NCBI GenBank assembly: GCA_022820665.1
Contig: JAJEFB010000004.1
Location: 60,870 to 124,869 of the forward strand
DNA from: Anaerolineae bacterium
Lineage (GTDB): Bacteria; Chloroflexota; Anaerolineae; Aggregatilineales; Phototrophicaceae
DNA length: 64,000 bases
Direction: 5' to 3'
In this document: positions 19,541 to 28,723 of the stretch, in pieces
How the letters are laid out: each line of letters opens with the position of its first letter
How positions within the stretch are numbered: the first letter of the stretch is position 1
Translations under genes and position numbers: made by a program
The notes under the pieces: model-generated
What the model was told of the DNA's origin: nothing
What the model saw: only the letters and a program-made list of their open reading frames with translations
The model's database searches: none

Positions 19541-19825
19541 TCAAAAGCTTTCGATCCCTGAGCGGCCAACATTTGCGTATTTCAATCCCCAGGCGATTCT
19601 CACACGACCGGCGGTGATGGATGGGGCAGTCGGCAGATACTCCGTCAAGTTATCGGCGACAACGTCGGCCGCGGCGCTGTTCGAGGCCATTGCCGATGCT
19701 TCACTGTCAAAGACGCTGATGGCGGCTATCTGATCGACACCATCGTTCATCAACTGAATATCGGCCTTGCCTCGAACGGTAACTTGTTTGGTCCCAGGTG
19801 AGTTTTCCTCAGCACTTATGTGCAT
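19541..19825 (-). CDS. Hypothetical small protein (94 aa), possibly ABM/Dabb-like; its C-terminus may have been altered by the adjacent IS remnant
   Basis: Starts 12 nt after the SnoaL gene stop and ends 22 nt from the transposase stub. The weak ...ISVFDSEASAMAS... pattern is only suggestive. Confidence 0.35.
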   Translation of the reverse strand: MHISAEENSPGTKQVTVRGKADIQLMNDGVDQIAAISVFDSEASAMASNSAAADVVADNLTEYLPTAPSITAGRVRIAWGLKYANVGRSGIESF

Positions 19826-19836
19826 ATCCTCGAATA

Positions 19837-20331
19837 TCAGTCCGTCTCCACGCTGTCAAAGAACTCAGGCGGCTTGGAGCCGATGAATGCGAGTACCTTG
19901 TGGATGTCGTAACCCACTTGCTCCAGAAAGCCCAGGATGTCGATGAGCACCCAGTTCTCCGCCAGCTTATCCCCCTCGACGCGCCAGAAATCCATGTAGC
20001 GTAACTTGATTGGTTTTCCACTGGCGGGAATACCGAACCAGTCCCCGGTGTGGGTGGCATGTTGATATCCGTGTGCGGCGACATAGTCCCCTTCAGCGAT
20101 GCGGATCTCGTCGCGCGCCACTTTGTCGGGAATAGCATTGATGGCGGGCCTGCGCAACACCTCCTCGAACTCCTTGATACCGTGCAGGGTCCCGATACCC
20201 GCTGGACCGTACCAAGCCATGTCCTCCGTCCAAAACTCCTCCATAATACCGAGCACGCTCTTGTTGAGGGCAGTGTACAAGCGTGCGATCAGTTCTTTGT
20301 TCTTTTCTTCTTTGCTCATTTCTGTAGACAT
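19837..20331 (-). CDS. Single-domain SnoaL-like 'ester cyclase' (P4)
   Basis: 164 aa. ...GDYVAAHGYQHATHTGDWFGIPASGKPIKLRYMDFWRVEGDKLAENWVLIDILGFLEQVG. AAGGAG 9 nt upstream of the ATG. Confidence 0.8.
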   Translation of the reverse strand: MSTEMSKEEKNKELIARLYTALNKSVLGIMEEFWTEDMAWYGPAGIGTLHGIKEFEEVLRRPAINAIPDKVARDEIRIAEGDYVAAHGYQHATHTGDWFGIPASGKPIKLRYMDFWRVEGDKLAENWVLIDILGFLEQVGYDIHKVLAFIGSKPPEFFDSVETD

Positions 20332-20482
20332 ATCTTCATCTCCTTTGGTGTTAGATTGACAAATGCCTTACCTGTCCCGACGACGCCTATTTCCTTACAG
20401 ACGCAACCCAAGAGAGGGGGTTCTACACCGGGCAGAATAGGTAGCTCACGAACGGCATCTCCGGCGACTCCACGCATCTGGC

Positions 20483-21502
20483 TCAGCCCTTCACTGCCCC
20501 GGCCGACAAGCCCTTCACCAGTTGCTTCTGGAAGAAGAGTATCACTAAAACGATCGGGATGGTGCTGGACACGGCCGCTGCCGCTTGCATCGGGATCTGG
20601 CCCGGGATCTGTGCGCCGCCGATAAATTGGACCATCGCCAACGGCAGTGTCCACTTTGACTGCGTGAGTATTCTCACCAACAAGAACTCGTGGTAGGCCA
20701 GCAACAGCGTGAACAGCGCCGTCGAGAAAATGCCCGGCCACATGATCGGGGTGATCACTTTCAGGAAGGCCCCAAGTCGGGAGGCGCCGTCGATCATGGC
20801 TGCCTCCTCGATCTCCCGCGGGATATCCATGAAGAAGCTGCGCAACAGCCAGATCGTGAAGGGTTGGTTCACCGCCACCAGAGCGATTATCACCAGGAAG
20901 TAGGTGTCGTGCAAGCCACTCATCCTGCCCATCCAATAGAAGGGTAGTAAAAACGCCATCCTGGGCAGGGCTCGAAAAGCGAGCGCCACGAGCAACATTA
21001 CCACGCCAGACATCCCGGAATAGCGCGCCAGCGCATATCCAGAAAGACAACCAATGCTGACCGAGACCGCGACCTCCCCCACGCTCACGATCAGCGAATT
21101 CACAAAGTAGTCATAGAACTTTGCCGTATCCACTATCTTGGGAATGACCCAAATGATCGCGATCACAGCACCCAGGATACCGGCGGTGATGATGTTTCTC
21201 GGGATGGGCAGTCGTCCAGCAAAGACGCCTAGGAGCACCAGGACGACGACGCCCGTCAGTCCAAAAGCGAGTACTGCGACGTTATTGGGGGTCGAATCCA
21301 ACCAGAGACGGCCATAGTTGTCGATGGTAGGCCTGAAAATGAACAGCGGAACGCGTGCGGCCGCCTGCCGTTGCGTCTTGAACGACTGGAGCGTTATCCA
21401 GACGATGGGGACGACGCTCCACAGCAGGAACACTATCAGCGAAACGTAGATGACGAACCGGCCGATAGGATTGGTGACAGGCCGCATGTCAGCGCTCCTC
21501 AA
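20483..21502 (-). CDS. CUT1-type sugar ABC permease (MalG-like), paralog of 14468..15472
   Basis: EEAAMIDGASRLGAFLKVITPIMWPG. Same two-helix insert. The C-terminus ...FFQKQLVKGLSAGAVKG mirrors the paralog. Confidence 0.85.
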   Translation of the reverse strand: MRSADMRPVTNPIGRFVIYVSLIVFLLWSVVPIVWITLQSFKTQRQAAARVPLFIFRPTIDNYGRLWLDSTPNNVAVLAFGLTGVVVLVLLGVFAGRLPIPRNIITAGILGAVIAIIWVIPKIVDTAKFYDYFVNSLIVSVGEVAVSVSIGCLSGYALARYSGMSGVVMLLVALAFRALPRMAFLLPFYWMGRMSGLHDTYFLVIIALVAVNQPFTIWLLRSFFMDIPREIEEAAMIDGASRLGAFLKVITPIMWPGIFSTALFTLLLAYHEFLLVRILTQSKWTLPLAMVQFIGGAQIPGQIPMQAAAAVSSTIPIVLVILFFQKQLVKGLSAGAVKG

Positions 21503-22307
21503 TCTGCTCGCGGTAGGTCATAATGAGGAAGGGGATGACCACCACGAAGATCCCGATCATCGCCAGGATAGCCATCGCGCTCCCCTTGCCCAAGCGCTGC
21601 ACGGTTATCGCCACTCTGAAGTTGTAGGTCATGACGGTGTCAGCTTTGAATATCGGGTTCTGCTCAGTCAGGATGAAGACGCTGTCGAAGAGGCGAAAGA
21701 AATCCATTAGCGCAATCAGTGCCTCCAGCACGATCAATGACCTCAGGTGGGGAATAACCACATAGCGCAACTGCTGCAACCTGCTGGCGCCATCGATTGC
21801 CGAAGCGTCGACCAGCTCCCCGGGCAGCGTCTGTAAGCCAGCAAAAAAGATGACCAGGGCAAAAGGCGTGCTCGCCCAGATCGTGTGCAGTATGATAAGC
21901 GCCTTCACAGAGTACTCTGTGAAGATAAATCGCTGCCCAATGATCTCGCTGAAGAACCACGCGAACAAGCCGGTCGACTCGAACAATTGCCTGAACATGA
22001 GCGTCCCCACGACGGGCACCACGATCATGGGCATCAGCATCCCGGGCAGGAGCACGCTCCGCATCCGACCCGATGTCTCGTCGAGTAGCAGCGCCACGAC
22101 CAAACCGATTATGATATGAGCCGGGACACTGATCGAGGCGATCAACAACGTGAACCGGAGCGCCTGCCAAAAGCGCGCATCGGAAAGCACTTCCTGGTAG
22201 TTTGCGAGCCCGACGAATTCCGGCGCGTCGAGCGTGCGAAACGTGATGAAGTTCAGACTCAGCCAGACCGCCATCACCAGGGGCACGGTCATAAGCGCGA
22301 TCATCAC
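21489..22307 (-). CDS. CUT1-type sugar ABC permease (MalF-like), paralog of 15476..16339; annotated from an internal GTG
   Basis: Homology to the paralog's N-terminus continues upstream in frame (IKRGTFFWFTAPSNI vs MKRNTFFAFASPSIV). The aligned start position is ATA (22352-22350), with GAGGA upstream. Confidence 0.8.
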   Translation of the reverse strand: MMIALMTVPLVMAVWLSLNFITFRTLDAPEFVGLANYQEVLSDARFWQALRFTLLIASISVPAHIIIGLVVALLLDETSGRMRSVLLPGMLMPMIVVPVVGTLMFRQLFESTGLFAWFFSEIIGQRFIFTEYSVKALIILHTIWASTPFALVIFFAGLQTLPGELVDASAIDGASRLQQLRYVVIPHLRSLIVLEALIALMDFFRLFDSVFILTEQNPIFKADTVMTYNFRVAITVQRLGKGSAMAILAMIGIFVVVIPFLIMTYREQIEER

Positions 22308-22450
22308 GATGTTGCTAGGAGCCGTAAACCAGAAGAACGTTCCTCGTTTTATGGTCTCTTCCTCTTCTTCACGCCTTGGTCTGGTTCAGAAGGGGCAGGT
22401 CGCGCCCAGTTAGTTCGCTCCAGCGAGCGCGACCTTCATCATTGTGTTGA

Positions 22451-23758
22451 CTAGGGTAGATAGCCCTGGGCGGTTGCCTCGACGATATACTCCTCGGCCG
22501 CCCTATCCAAAGCCTCTTGCGGCGTCATCTCGCCAGTGCCGATGAACGGCAGCCAATTCCCGATGGCGGTCTGCGCCAGGACAATCGCCGGGTTGGCGTC
22601 ATATATGCCCACGCCATTGACGATAGTCTCGTTGATAGCCGCCGCATTAGACAGTTGTTCAGGGACAGACAAGCGGGTCATGGGATGAATCTTCGCGCCC
22701 TCCTCTTGGCTCTGCCTATCCGTGGCCTCCATGATTACCCGGAAGACGAGATCCGGGTCAACATCGCTCGTCGCCGGAATGGTGAAGTAGTCGTGCCAGG
22801 CGCTGCCTCCCAGCGGACCTCCGGGGTTGGGAGCGGCCGCGGGCGCGGATTCAATCAGGCCGACTACGTTTGATGTGTCAGGATCCTCAAAGATAGCGCC
22901 TTGACCCGCCCAAGTGTGTATGAACGCGATTGTGCCGTTCGCCAGACCGTTCGCGCTATCATCGATACTGTAGGTGATGCCTTCGGGTCCCATACAGGCG
23001 TCGATGACTTCCTTTATTTTGGTGGCGGCGGCGAGGCCCTCCGGACCATTAAACGCCGGCGTGTTGTCGTCGTTGAGGTAGTCTCCCCCGAAGGACCGGA
23101 TGAAGGAGAAGAACCTGATGTCCCAGGCCCAGCCGGCATGCACTTGCATGGTGAAGGGAAGATTGATGCTGGGCTCATCCTTCAAGACCTCACAGGCCGC
23201 CATCACCTCATCGTACGTGCTCGGCGGTTCCAGGCCATATTCCTCGAACAGGTCCGTCCGGTACCAAAGGTGCAGCGTGTTGGCTCTAAACGGGACGCCG
23301 TAAATCTGCCCGTTTATGGTGGCGCCCTCCCATGCGGTGGCCGAGTGATCGTCCAAGTCATACTCCTCGCCGTATTTGCCAATCAAATCGTTGAGCGGCA
23401 GGAGCCAGCCCGCGAAACCCCACTCGACGAGCTCGGTATTGGACGCATGCACGATCTGGTAAGGCGATTCGCCGCCCGCGGACAGCGCCAGGCGAACCTG
23501 TTCCACCACGCTTGAGAAGTCCAGGATCTGCGCGTCGAACTCAAGGTTCTCCACGTCATTGCACTTCGCAAACTCGTCGTTGTAGAAATATATACTGAGA
23601 CCCGCCCAGGCAATTAAGTTGACGGTGGTCGGAGACTCGGGCGCCTCAAGGTTGCAGGCCATGGGGTCATCGGACTGGGAGAGCGCGATGGAAAACACCG
23701 GCACGGTAACGATTAAGATTAACGTTATCCACAGAAAACTCTTGTTTGGGCTAAACAT
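22451..23758 (-). CDS. Extracellular solute-binding protein family 1, paralog of 16568..17860
   Basis: Signal/anchor MFSPNKSFLWITLILIVTVPVFSIALS, AAGGAGG upstream. Shared blocks with the paralog, e.g. LALSAGGESPYQIVHA vs LALSAGGDSPYDILHG. Confidence 0.85.
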   Translation of the reverse strand: MFSPNKSFLWITLILIVTVPVFSIALSQSDDPMACNLEAPESPTTVNLIAWAGLSIYFYNDEFAKCNDVENLEFDAQILDFSSVVEQVRLALSAGGESPYQIVHASNTELVEWGFAGWLLPLNDLIGKYGEEYDLDDHSATAWEGATINGQIYGVPFRANTLHLWYRTDLFEEYGLEPPSTYDEVMAACEVLKDEPSINLPFTMQVHAGWAWDIRFFSFIRSFGGDYLNDDNTPAFNGPEGLAAATKIKEVIDACMGPEGITYSIDDSANGLANGTIAFIHTWAGQGAIFEDPDTSNVVGLIESAPAAAPNPGGPLGGSAWHDYFTIPATSDVDPDLVFRVIMEATDRQSQEEGAKIHPMTRLSVPEQLSNAAAINETIVNGVGIYDANPAIVLAQTAIGNWLPFIGTGEMTPQEALDRAAEEYIVEATAQGYLP

Positions 23759-23820
23759 TTTTCCTTTCCTCCTTATATGTGTTTCTTGAAAAACAGACTA
23801 CTGTCGTTCCTTATCAGCTA

Positions 23821-23904
23821 TCAGTCCGTCTCCACGCTGTCAAAGAACTGAGGCGGCTTGGGCGATGAAGGCGAATACCATGTGGATGTTGTAGCCATCA
23901 ACCC
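23821..23904 (-). pseudogene. 3-prime remnant of a SnoaL-like gene (related to P4)
   Basis: About 84 nt align to 19837-19922. The first 29 nt are identical (tcagtccgtctccacgctgtcaaagaact), followed by a 2-nt deletion and scattered mismatches. Confidence 0.65.
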
Positions 23905-23905
23905 G

Positions 23906-24328
23906 CCTATCAGCTATCAGCTATCTGCTATCATTGTACGCAAATGTCCGTGCTCGGTCAAGTCATCCATTCTGGTCAACGTACTGCACCACACATCACT
24001 TCTTCCGCCGCCTTCACGAAACAAGGCGCATCACGAAAGCGGTGTTGAAGGCGATCAATCGGACTAGAAAGCAACTCCCAGTTGTCTTAGCATCAGAATA
24101 GCTCGAGCTTGGCACGGTGGGACCATCGCAACATCACCACAGTTGAAGCAAACAGCGATCCGGCTTCTCGTCGCTGGTGTGGGCGGCAATGGCTGCGGTA
24201 TCATTGAATCAAGCATGTCCATGAATTTGCTAAGCTGGGTTTGGCCGGAAAAACAGCAACGAATTGGTCCGCTTGACCGAGCAAGCTCGTTCGAGTAAAG
24301 TGATAGCAGATAGCAGATAGCTGATAGG
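23906..24328. repeat. MITE-like element bounded by long terminal inverted repeats rich in GATAGC units
   Basis: The 28-nt arms 23906-23933 and 24301-24328 match 27/28 as reverse complements. A second perfect 12-nt arm pair (23951-23962 / 24272-24283) lies at the same 17-nt offset on both sides. Confidence 0.45.
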
Positions 24329-24453
24329 TTTGCCTGGACTATGACAGTCGCGAGGCCCGTGTTCACCGTGACCGATTCACATAAGGCCGCAACCTGTCCG
24401 TCGGGCAGCCGACAATAAAAGACGAAACAATAGCGCACATGGAGGCGAAAGCG

Positions 24454-25356
24454 ATGAATATAGGTACAGGCAGTCCGGAGCGCCAGGTCTACGTTAGTGG
24501 GGAGTATGTTCCCGAAAACGAGGCTCGGATCTCTGTCTTCGACCATGTGGTGCTCTATGGTGACGCCGTATACGATACGGCCTGCGCCTGGGGCGGCAAG
24601 GTGTTCAAACTGGACGAACATGTGGATCGGCTATTCGAATCCGCTCACGCGCTGAAGATTGAGGTCCCTCTCGACAAGGAAGGCGTGAGGAGGGTCGTTC
24701 TAGAGCTCATGCGACGCAACAAGCTCGAAAATGCATATATCAAAATACTTGTAACGCGCGGCGTGGGACGTATGCCCTTGATGAGTCCCTACAACTGCAC
24801 GCCGAATCTGATCGCCTTTGCCATCCCCTATCTCAGCCTTACTGACAGTGGCGTACAAGACGAAGGCCTTCGGGCTGGCATATCATCAATGCGCCGGATT
24901 CCTTCAGAATGCCTGGATTCAAAGATCAAGTGCTGCAATTATTTGAATCACATCCTGATGCGCATGGAGGCAAATGAGGCCGGACTCGACGAGGCTATCG
25001 AGCTTGACATCGGCGGCTACGTTGCCGAGGCGCCGGGCTACAACGTGTTTATCGCGAAGCAAGGCGTATTGTACACCCCAGGCGAGAACATCCTCGTCGG
25101 CGTGACTCGGCAGACTGTTATAGAGCTGGCGGCGGCGGAGGGAATGGAAACCGTAGTGGGCAGATTGACAGCCTTCGACCTCTACAACGCGGACGAGGTC
25201 TTCTTGACCAGTACAGCGGGCGGCATCTTTGCCGTCAGGGAGGTGGATGGGCGAACGATCGGTCACGGCAAGCCAGGTCCCATCACGCAATTACTGAATC
25301 AGAAGTATATGGAGCTTCTCGAAAGCGGAGTGCAAAGCACGCCTGTATACCCGTGA
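24454..25356 (+). CDS. PLP fold-type IV aminotransferase (branched-chain / D-amino-acid aminotransferase family)
   Basis: ...VSGEYVPENEARISVFDHVVLYGDAVYDT...EAPGYNVFIAKQGVLYTP... GGAGG lies 8 nt upstream of ATG 24454 (the track start 24439 is also possible). Confidence 0.85.
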   Translation: MNIGTGSPERQVYVSGEYVPENEARISVFDHVVLYGDAVYDTACAWGGKVFKLDEHVDRLFESAHALKIEVPLDKEGVRRVVLELMRRNKLENAYIKILVTRGVGRMPLMSPYNCTPNLIAFAIPYLSLTDSGVQDEGLRAGISSMRRIPSECLDSKIKCCNYLNHILMRMEANEAGLDEAIELDIGGYVAEAPGYNVFIAKQGVLYTPGENILVGVTRQTVIELAAAEGMETVVGRLTAFDLYNADEVFLTSTAGGIFAVREVDGRTIGHGKPGPITQLLNQKYMELLESGVQSTPVYP

Positions 25357-25431
25357 GAGGGCGGATAGGCACATGCTAGGAACTCAAGGCGCGATGGCTC
25401 CGAGAGATTCTAGCGCAGAGGACAAGTGAGT

Positions 25432-26184
25432 ATGATGTCAAATTCAAAGTCTCTGGCGAGGGCTGGCCTCGTGGATCAGGCTGTGGATGCAATACTGGTC
25501 ATCATTGCCGAGCAAGGGCTGAGGCCCGGAGACCATCTTCCATCACAGGCAGATCTAATAAGTCAGCTCGGCATTGGTCGCACTTCGCTCCGTGAGGCCA
25601 TTCAGCGCCTGGTCGCCCTAGGCGCTATCACCGTGACGCCTGGCAAGCGGATGGCTGTCGGGCCCATGATTCGGAGCAACCGACAGGCGACCGCTGCCGA
25701 ACTGGAAGCCTCTCTACGGCATGCGGCCCTCCAGGAACTGGCGGAGGTGCGCGATCTAATAGAACCTGAGGCTGCCGCACTGGCGGCCCAACGCATTGAA
25801 GACGACTTGCTTCGTCGCATCGAGGGCATCGTCGAAGAAATGAAGCTGTCAGAAGATCCTGCCACCGACTTCCACTTAAACACACAGTTTCATGCGGCAG
25901 TCGCTGAGGCAACCCAGAACGAGGCTCTGCGCCACATTCTTCAGGTTGTCGCTGACATGCTGTCGCCACTGCAGCGCCATATGTATGAGCGATCGCTAGA
26001 GAACTACCGGGCTGATCAGGAACATCTTCCTATATTGCTGGCGCTAAAGGATCGCGACGCCGATAAGGCTCGGAAAGCCATGCATGACCACATCGGGATC
26101 TTTAGCAGATTTGTGGCCAGCAATTATGCAACGCCTTCAAACAGTGAACCTGCCCTCTCCCAATCTCTTGAGGCGATGCAGTAG
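25432..26184 (+). CDS. GntR/FadR-family transcriptional regulator
   Basis: wHTH LPSQADLISQLGIGRTSLREAIQRLVALGAITV plus a helical FCD-like C-terminal domain. Confidence 0.85.
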   Translation: MMSNSKSLARAGLVDQAVDAILVIIAEQGLRPGDHLPSQADLISQLGIGRTSLREAIQRLVALGAITVTPGKRMAVGPMIRSNRQATAAELEASLRHAALQELAEVRDLIEPEAAALAAQRIEDDLLRRIEGIVEEMKLSEDPATDFHLNTQFHAAVAEATQNEALRHILQVVADMLSPLQRHMYERSLENYRADQEHLPILLALKDRDADKARKAMHDHIGIFSRFVASNYATPSNSEPALSQSLEAMQ

Positions 26185-26260
26185 CATAAGACCCTTTGAT
26201 CCCGTGCTCAAGGGCGCTAGCGTCATTTATCCCAGACAGGAATGAAAAGCTTAAGCTGGA

Positions 26261-27256
26261 ATGGAGATCATCATGGGTATGCAGAACTTTGCTCCGGAAT
26301 TCGAAACGCCAGAGCAATATATCATCGATATTACCTACATCATTTGGGAAGAAGAGAACGTGGGACGCATTCGGGATTGGTATGCGCCTGTGTGTCCGAT
26401 ACGGTCCCCGCACGGTGTCATGAACACGGCGGAAGAAATACTAAATGAAACCCTGGAGCAGATGCACGTTTTTGCCAAGCGGAAACCACTGGCTGATGAT
26501 GTAATCATTGGCGACAAGCCCAGCGGTTTCTATTCATCGCATCGCGTTCGTTCAGTCGGATTGCACATGGGCGACAGCGAGTTAGGCCCGGCAACTGGAC
26601 GCGCTTACCAAGGGTTGGGTATTGCCGACTGCCTGTGCCGCGACAATCAGGTCGTGGAGGAATGGAAACTGCGTGACCACGCTTCATTTGTCCAGCAACT
26701 CGGCATCGATCCGGTGGCTCATGGCTTTTCCCTGGGTAAGAACAATCCCAAAGCGTATGCCATTGGCAATGAAGCAATGCGCCATCGCTGGGCGGACGAA
26801 AATGGGTTGACCATCCTGGGTGATAAAGCCATCGCCAACCGCATTATTGACACCTGTGACGCCCTGTGGAATGGGAAGCGCCTCAACATGGTTGCTGAAC
26901 AATATGCGGCGGCGGCGCGGTTTGAAGGGCCAAGTGGTCATCTTAGCTATGGTCGAGAACCAGTAAGCAATATGGTTGCTAGCATAACCGCCTCTCTGCC
27001 AGACGGACGTTTCGAGCCGCATCATGTCATCGTTCGCCAACAGAATAATCGGGCTGTTAGGGTGGCAATACGCTGGACTTTCTGCGGCGCCCACAGTGGG
27101 CATGGTCGATATGGGGCGCCAACGAATGCCCCCGTAGCCATCTTGGGGATCTCCCATTTTGAATTACATGATGGTTTGATCGCAAGTGAGTGGATGGTGG
27201 CGGATGACACGGCTATTTACGCCCAAATTGCCGCGTATCAGGAGATTAGAGACTAG
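26261..27256 (+). CDS. Fused double SnoaL/NTF2-like protein, subfamily B (P5)
   Basis: 331 aa. IIDITYIIWEEENVGRIRDWY...EEWKLRDHASFVQQLG, then a second repeat ...ASEWMVADDTAIYAQI. Paralog of P2. Confidence 0.75.
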   Translation: MEIIMGMQNFAPEFETPEQYIIDITYIIWEEENVGRIRDWYAPVCPIRSPHGVMNTAEEILNETLEQMHVFAKRKPLADDVIIGDKPSGFYSSHRVRSVGLHMGDSELGPATGRAYQGLGIADCLCRDNQVVEEWKLRDHASFVQQLGIDPVAHGFSLGKNNPKAYAIGNEAMRHRWADENGLTILGDKAIANRIIDTCDALWNGKRLNMVAEQYAAAARFEGPSGHLSYGREPVSNMVASITASLPDGRFEPHHVIVRQQNNRAVRVAIRWTFCGAHSGHGRYGAPTNAPVAILGISHFELHDGLIASEWMVADDTAIYAQIAAYQEIRD

Positions 27257-27507
27257 AAAGTGCAGATTGCTTCCTGCAAATCTCCAATCTCCAGTTTCCC
27301 AGAAAGGACACCAACACAATAGGTTTGAAAAATTTTCACCAGAATTTGAGACTGTATCGTTCAAAAACTTGATTCATTGGGATTATGGGCCGATTGTATG
27401 TCGTCAAACCAAGTTGGGCTTGCTTCGTTTCAATCTCACTCGGACACCAGGATTGGATAGACTTGAGGGGACTTTCAACCTAATCGATCAACTAAAGGAG
27501 ATCAGAC

Positions 27508-27790
27508 ATGGGTGAGAAAGCCTCAGCAGAATAAACTGTTCGAACCATTCGTCGCAAAACACGCCGCCAGTACAACGCCGGGGAGAAGATCTGGATTGTG
27601 CTGGAAGGACTGCGTGGCGAGGAGAGCATCGTTTGGAGCGCTAACTACAGCGTAAGCTCTTGCAAAACCAGAACCTGTATGGCTGTGACGACATAAAACT
27701 CCATGGCTTACGCAAACTGCCAAGGGGTTGCACAACAGCGAGTCGCCGACGCCGGGCAAGCTGACGATTAAGCGGGGCAAGTTGCGTTAA
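27508..27790 (+). pseudogene. Degraded IS3-family orfA (HTH transposase subunit) remnant
   Basis: SD plus ATG 27508, then an in-frame TAA at codon 9. It continues TVRTIRRKTRRQYNAGEKIWIVLEGLRGEESI..., and after a frameshift ..NQNLY.., which fits the conserved IS3 OrfA block as I recall it. No orfB follows. Confidence 0.55.
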
Positions 27791-27864
27791 GGGAATGGTG
27801 GGACGCGTTCGAGGATCTAGTTACCGTCTATTTTGGCGCCAATGCCGTGAATGCTTTCGAATTC

Positions 27865-28689
27865 TCAGTCCAGCGCTTTTGCTGTTATTTCAAAAAAGCG
27901 AATTGTCGCGTCGCGCAGCGGCAGCCAGTCGTGCCCGCTGTTCTCGATGACTTCCATCGTCACATCACAGCCGATCCGCTGGTATTGCTGCAGCAGCGTA
28001 TCCAGTCGCTCGCGGCGCGTGATGCCGGCGTGGTTCGCGCCGGGCACCCAGTCGGTATCGCCTTCAAGAACTGTGATATCACTGTCATCGTTTTCGCCGA
28101 TCAGAAGCTGTATCGGCATACCACGCAGCGCGCCAGCGTCGATGACCTGCCCAAATAGCTGCTCGACATCGCGGATGCCACTCCACCAGTCCAGCGAATC
28201 GTCAAGCAGCGTAACGCGACCGGGCGCCGCCAGCGAAAGCGCTTGCACATACCCTGGATGCAAATAGGCGAAGCGATGCGCGAATTGCGCTCCGCCGGAA
28301 AACCCGCCCAGCATGAAGCGATCATTCGCTACGTCATAGCGCTCGCGAATCTCTTCCAGCATGTCCAGCAGAATCAGGTCAAAACGAATGCCGCGGAAAA
28401 GCAAGTTCTTGTAGTTGTCGACATCGTCGGGGTCAATGAGGCCGGCCGGGAAGAGCGGGCAGGCCAGAAGGACTCGATTCCTAATCGCGAAATCGCTGAG
28501 ATGATCGCGATACAAGGCAGCGTCTCGATATGTCCCATGCACATAGACGCAGATCCGCTGAATTTCATCGGGCACGTACATGCAATACGAGAAACGCGGA
28601 TCGGCGCGATGCGCGAAGAATGCTGTCCGTCCGAAAAGGAAGGCGGATCGGTCGCCAGTCCCTCGCGTTTTCGACATTTCCCCGTTCAT
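27865..28689 (-). CDS. Alpha/beta-hydrolase esterase (PHB-depolymerase-type esterase family)
   Basis: Nucleophile elbow GFSGG within MLGGFSGGAQFAHRFAYLHPG. 274 aa, no signal peptide. Confidence 0.7.
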   Translation of the reverse strand: MNGEMSKTRGTGDRSAFLFGRTAFFAHRADPRFSYCMYVPDEIQRICVYVHGTYRDAALYRDHLSDFAIRNRVLLACPLFPAGLIDPDDVDNYKNLLFRGIRFDLILLDMLEEIRERYDVANDRFMLGGFSGGAQFAHRFAYLHPGYVQALSLAAPGRVTLLDDSLDWWSGIRDVEQLFGQVIDAGALRGMPIQLLIGENDDSDITVLEGDTDWVPGANHAGITRRERLDTLLQQYQRIGCDVTMEVIENSGHDWLPLRDATIRFFEITAKALD

Positions 28690-28723
28690 GTCATCGGCAC
28701 CGCTTGCCGGGTTGCGCTTGTGG

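Noticed and set aside
14468-23758. Absence of ATPase genes in the two CUT1 sugar ABC operons as an anomaly.
   Set aside because: CUT1 systems commonly rely on a shared MsiK/MalK-type ATPase encoded elsewhere, so this is not unusual on its own.
23809-24328. GATAGC/CTATCAG-rich repeats considered as a possible CRISPR array or tandem-repeat locus.
   Set aside because: There are only two long inverted arms plus a partial third. There is no regular repeat-spacer periodicity and no cas genes in the window.
24064-24621. 185-aa minus-strand ORF inside and beyond the MITE-like element.
   Set aside because: It has no motif and no RBS. It spans the inverted-repeat arm and overlaps the start of the aminotransferase gene.
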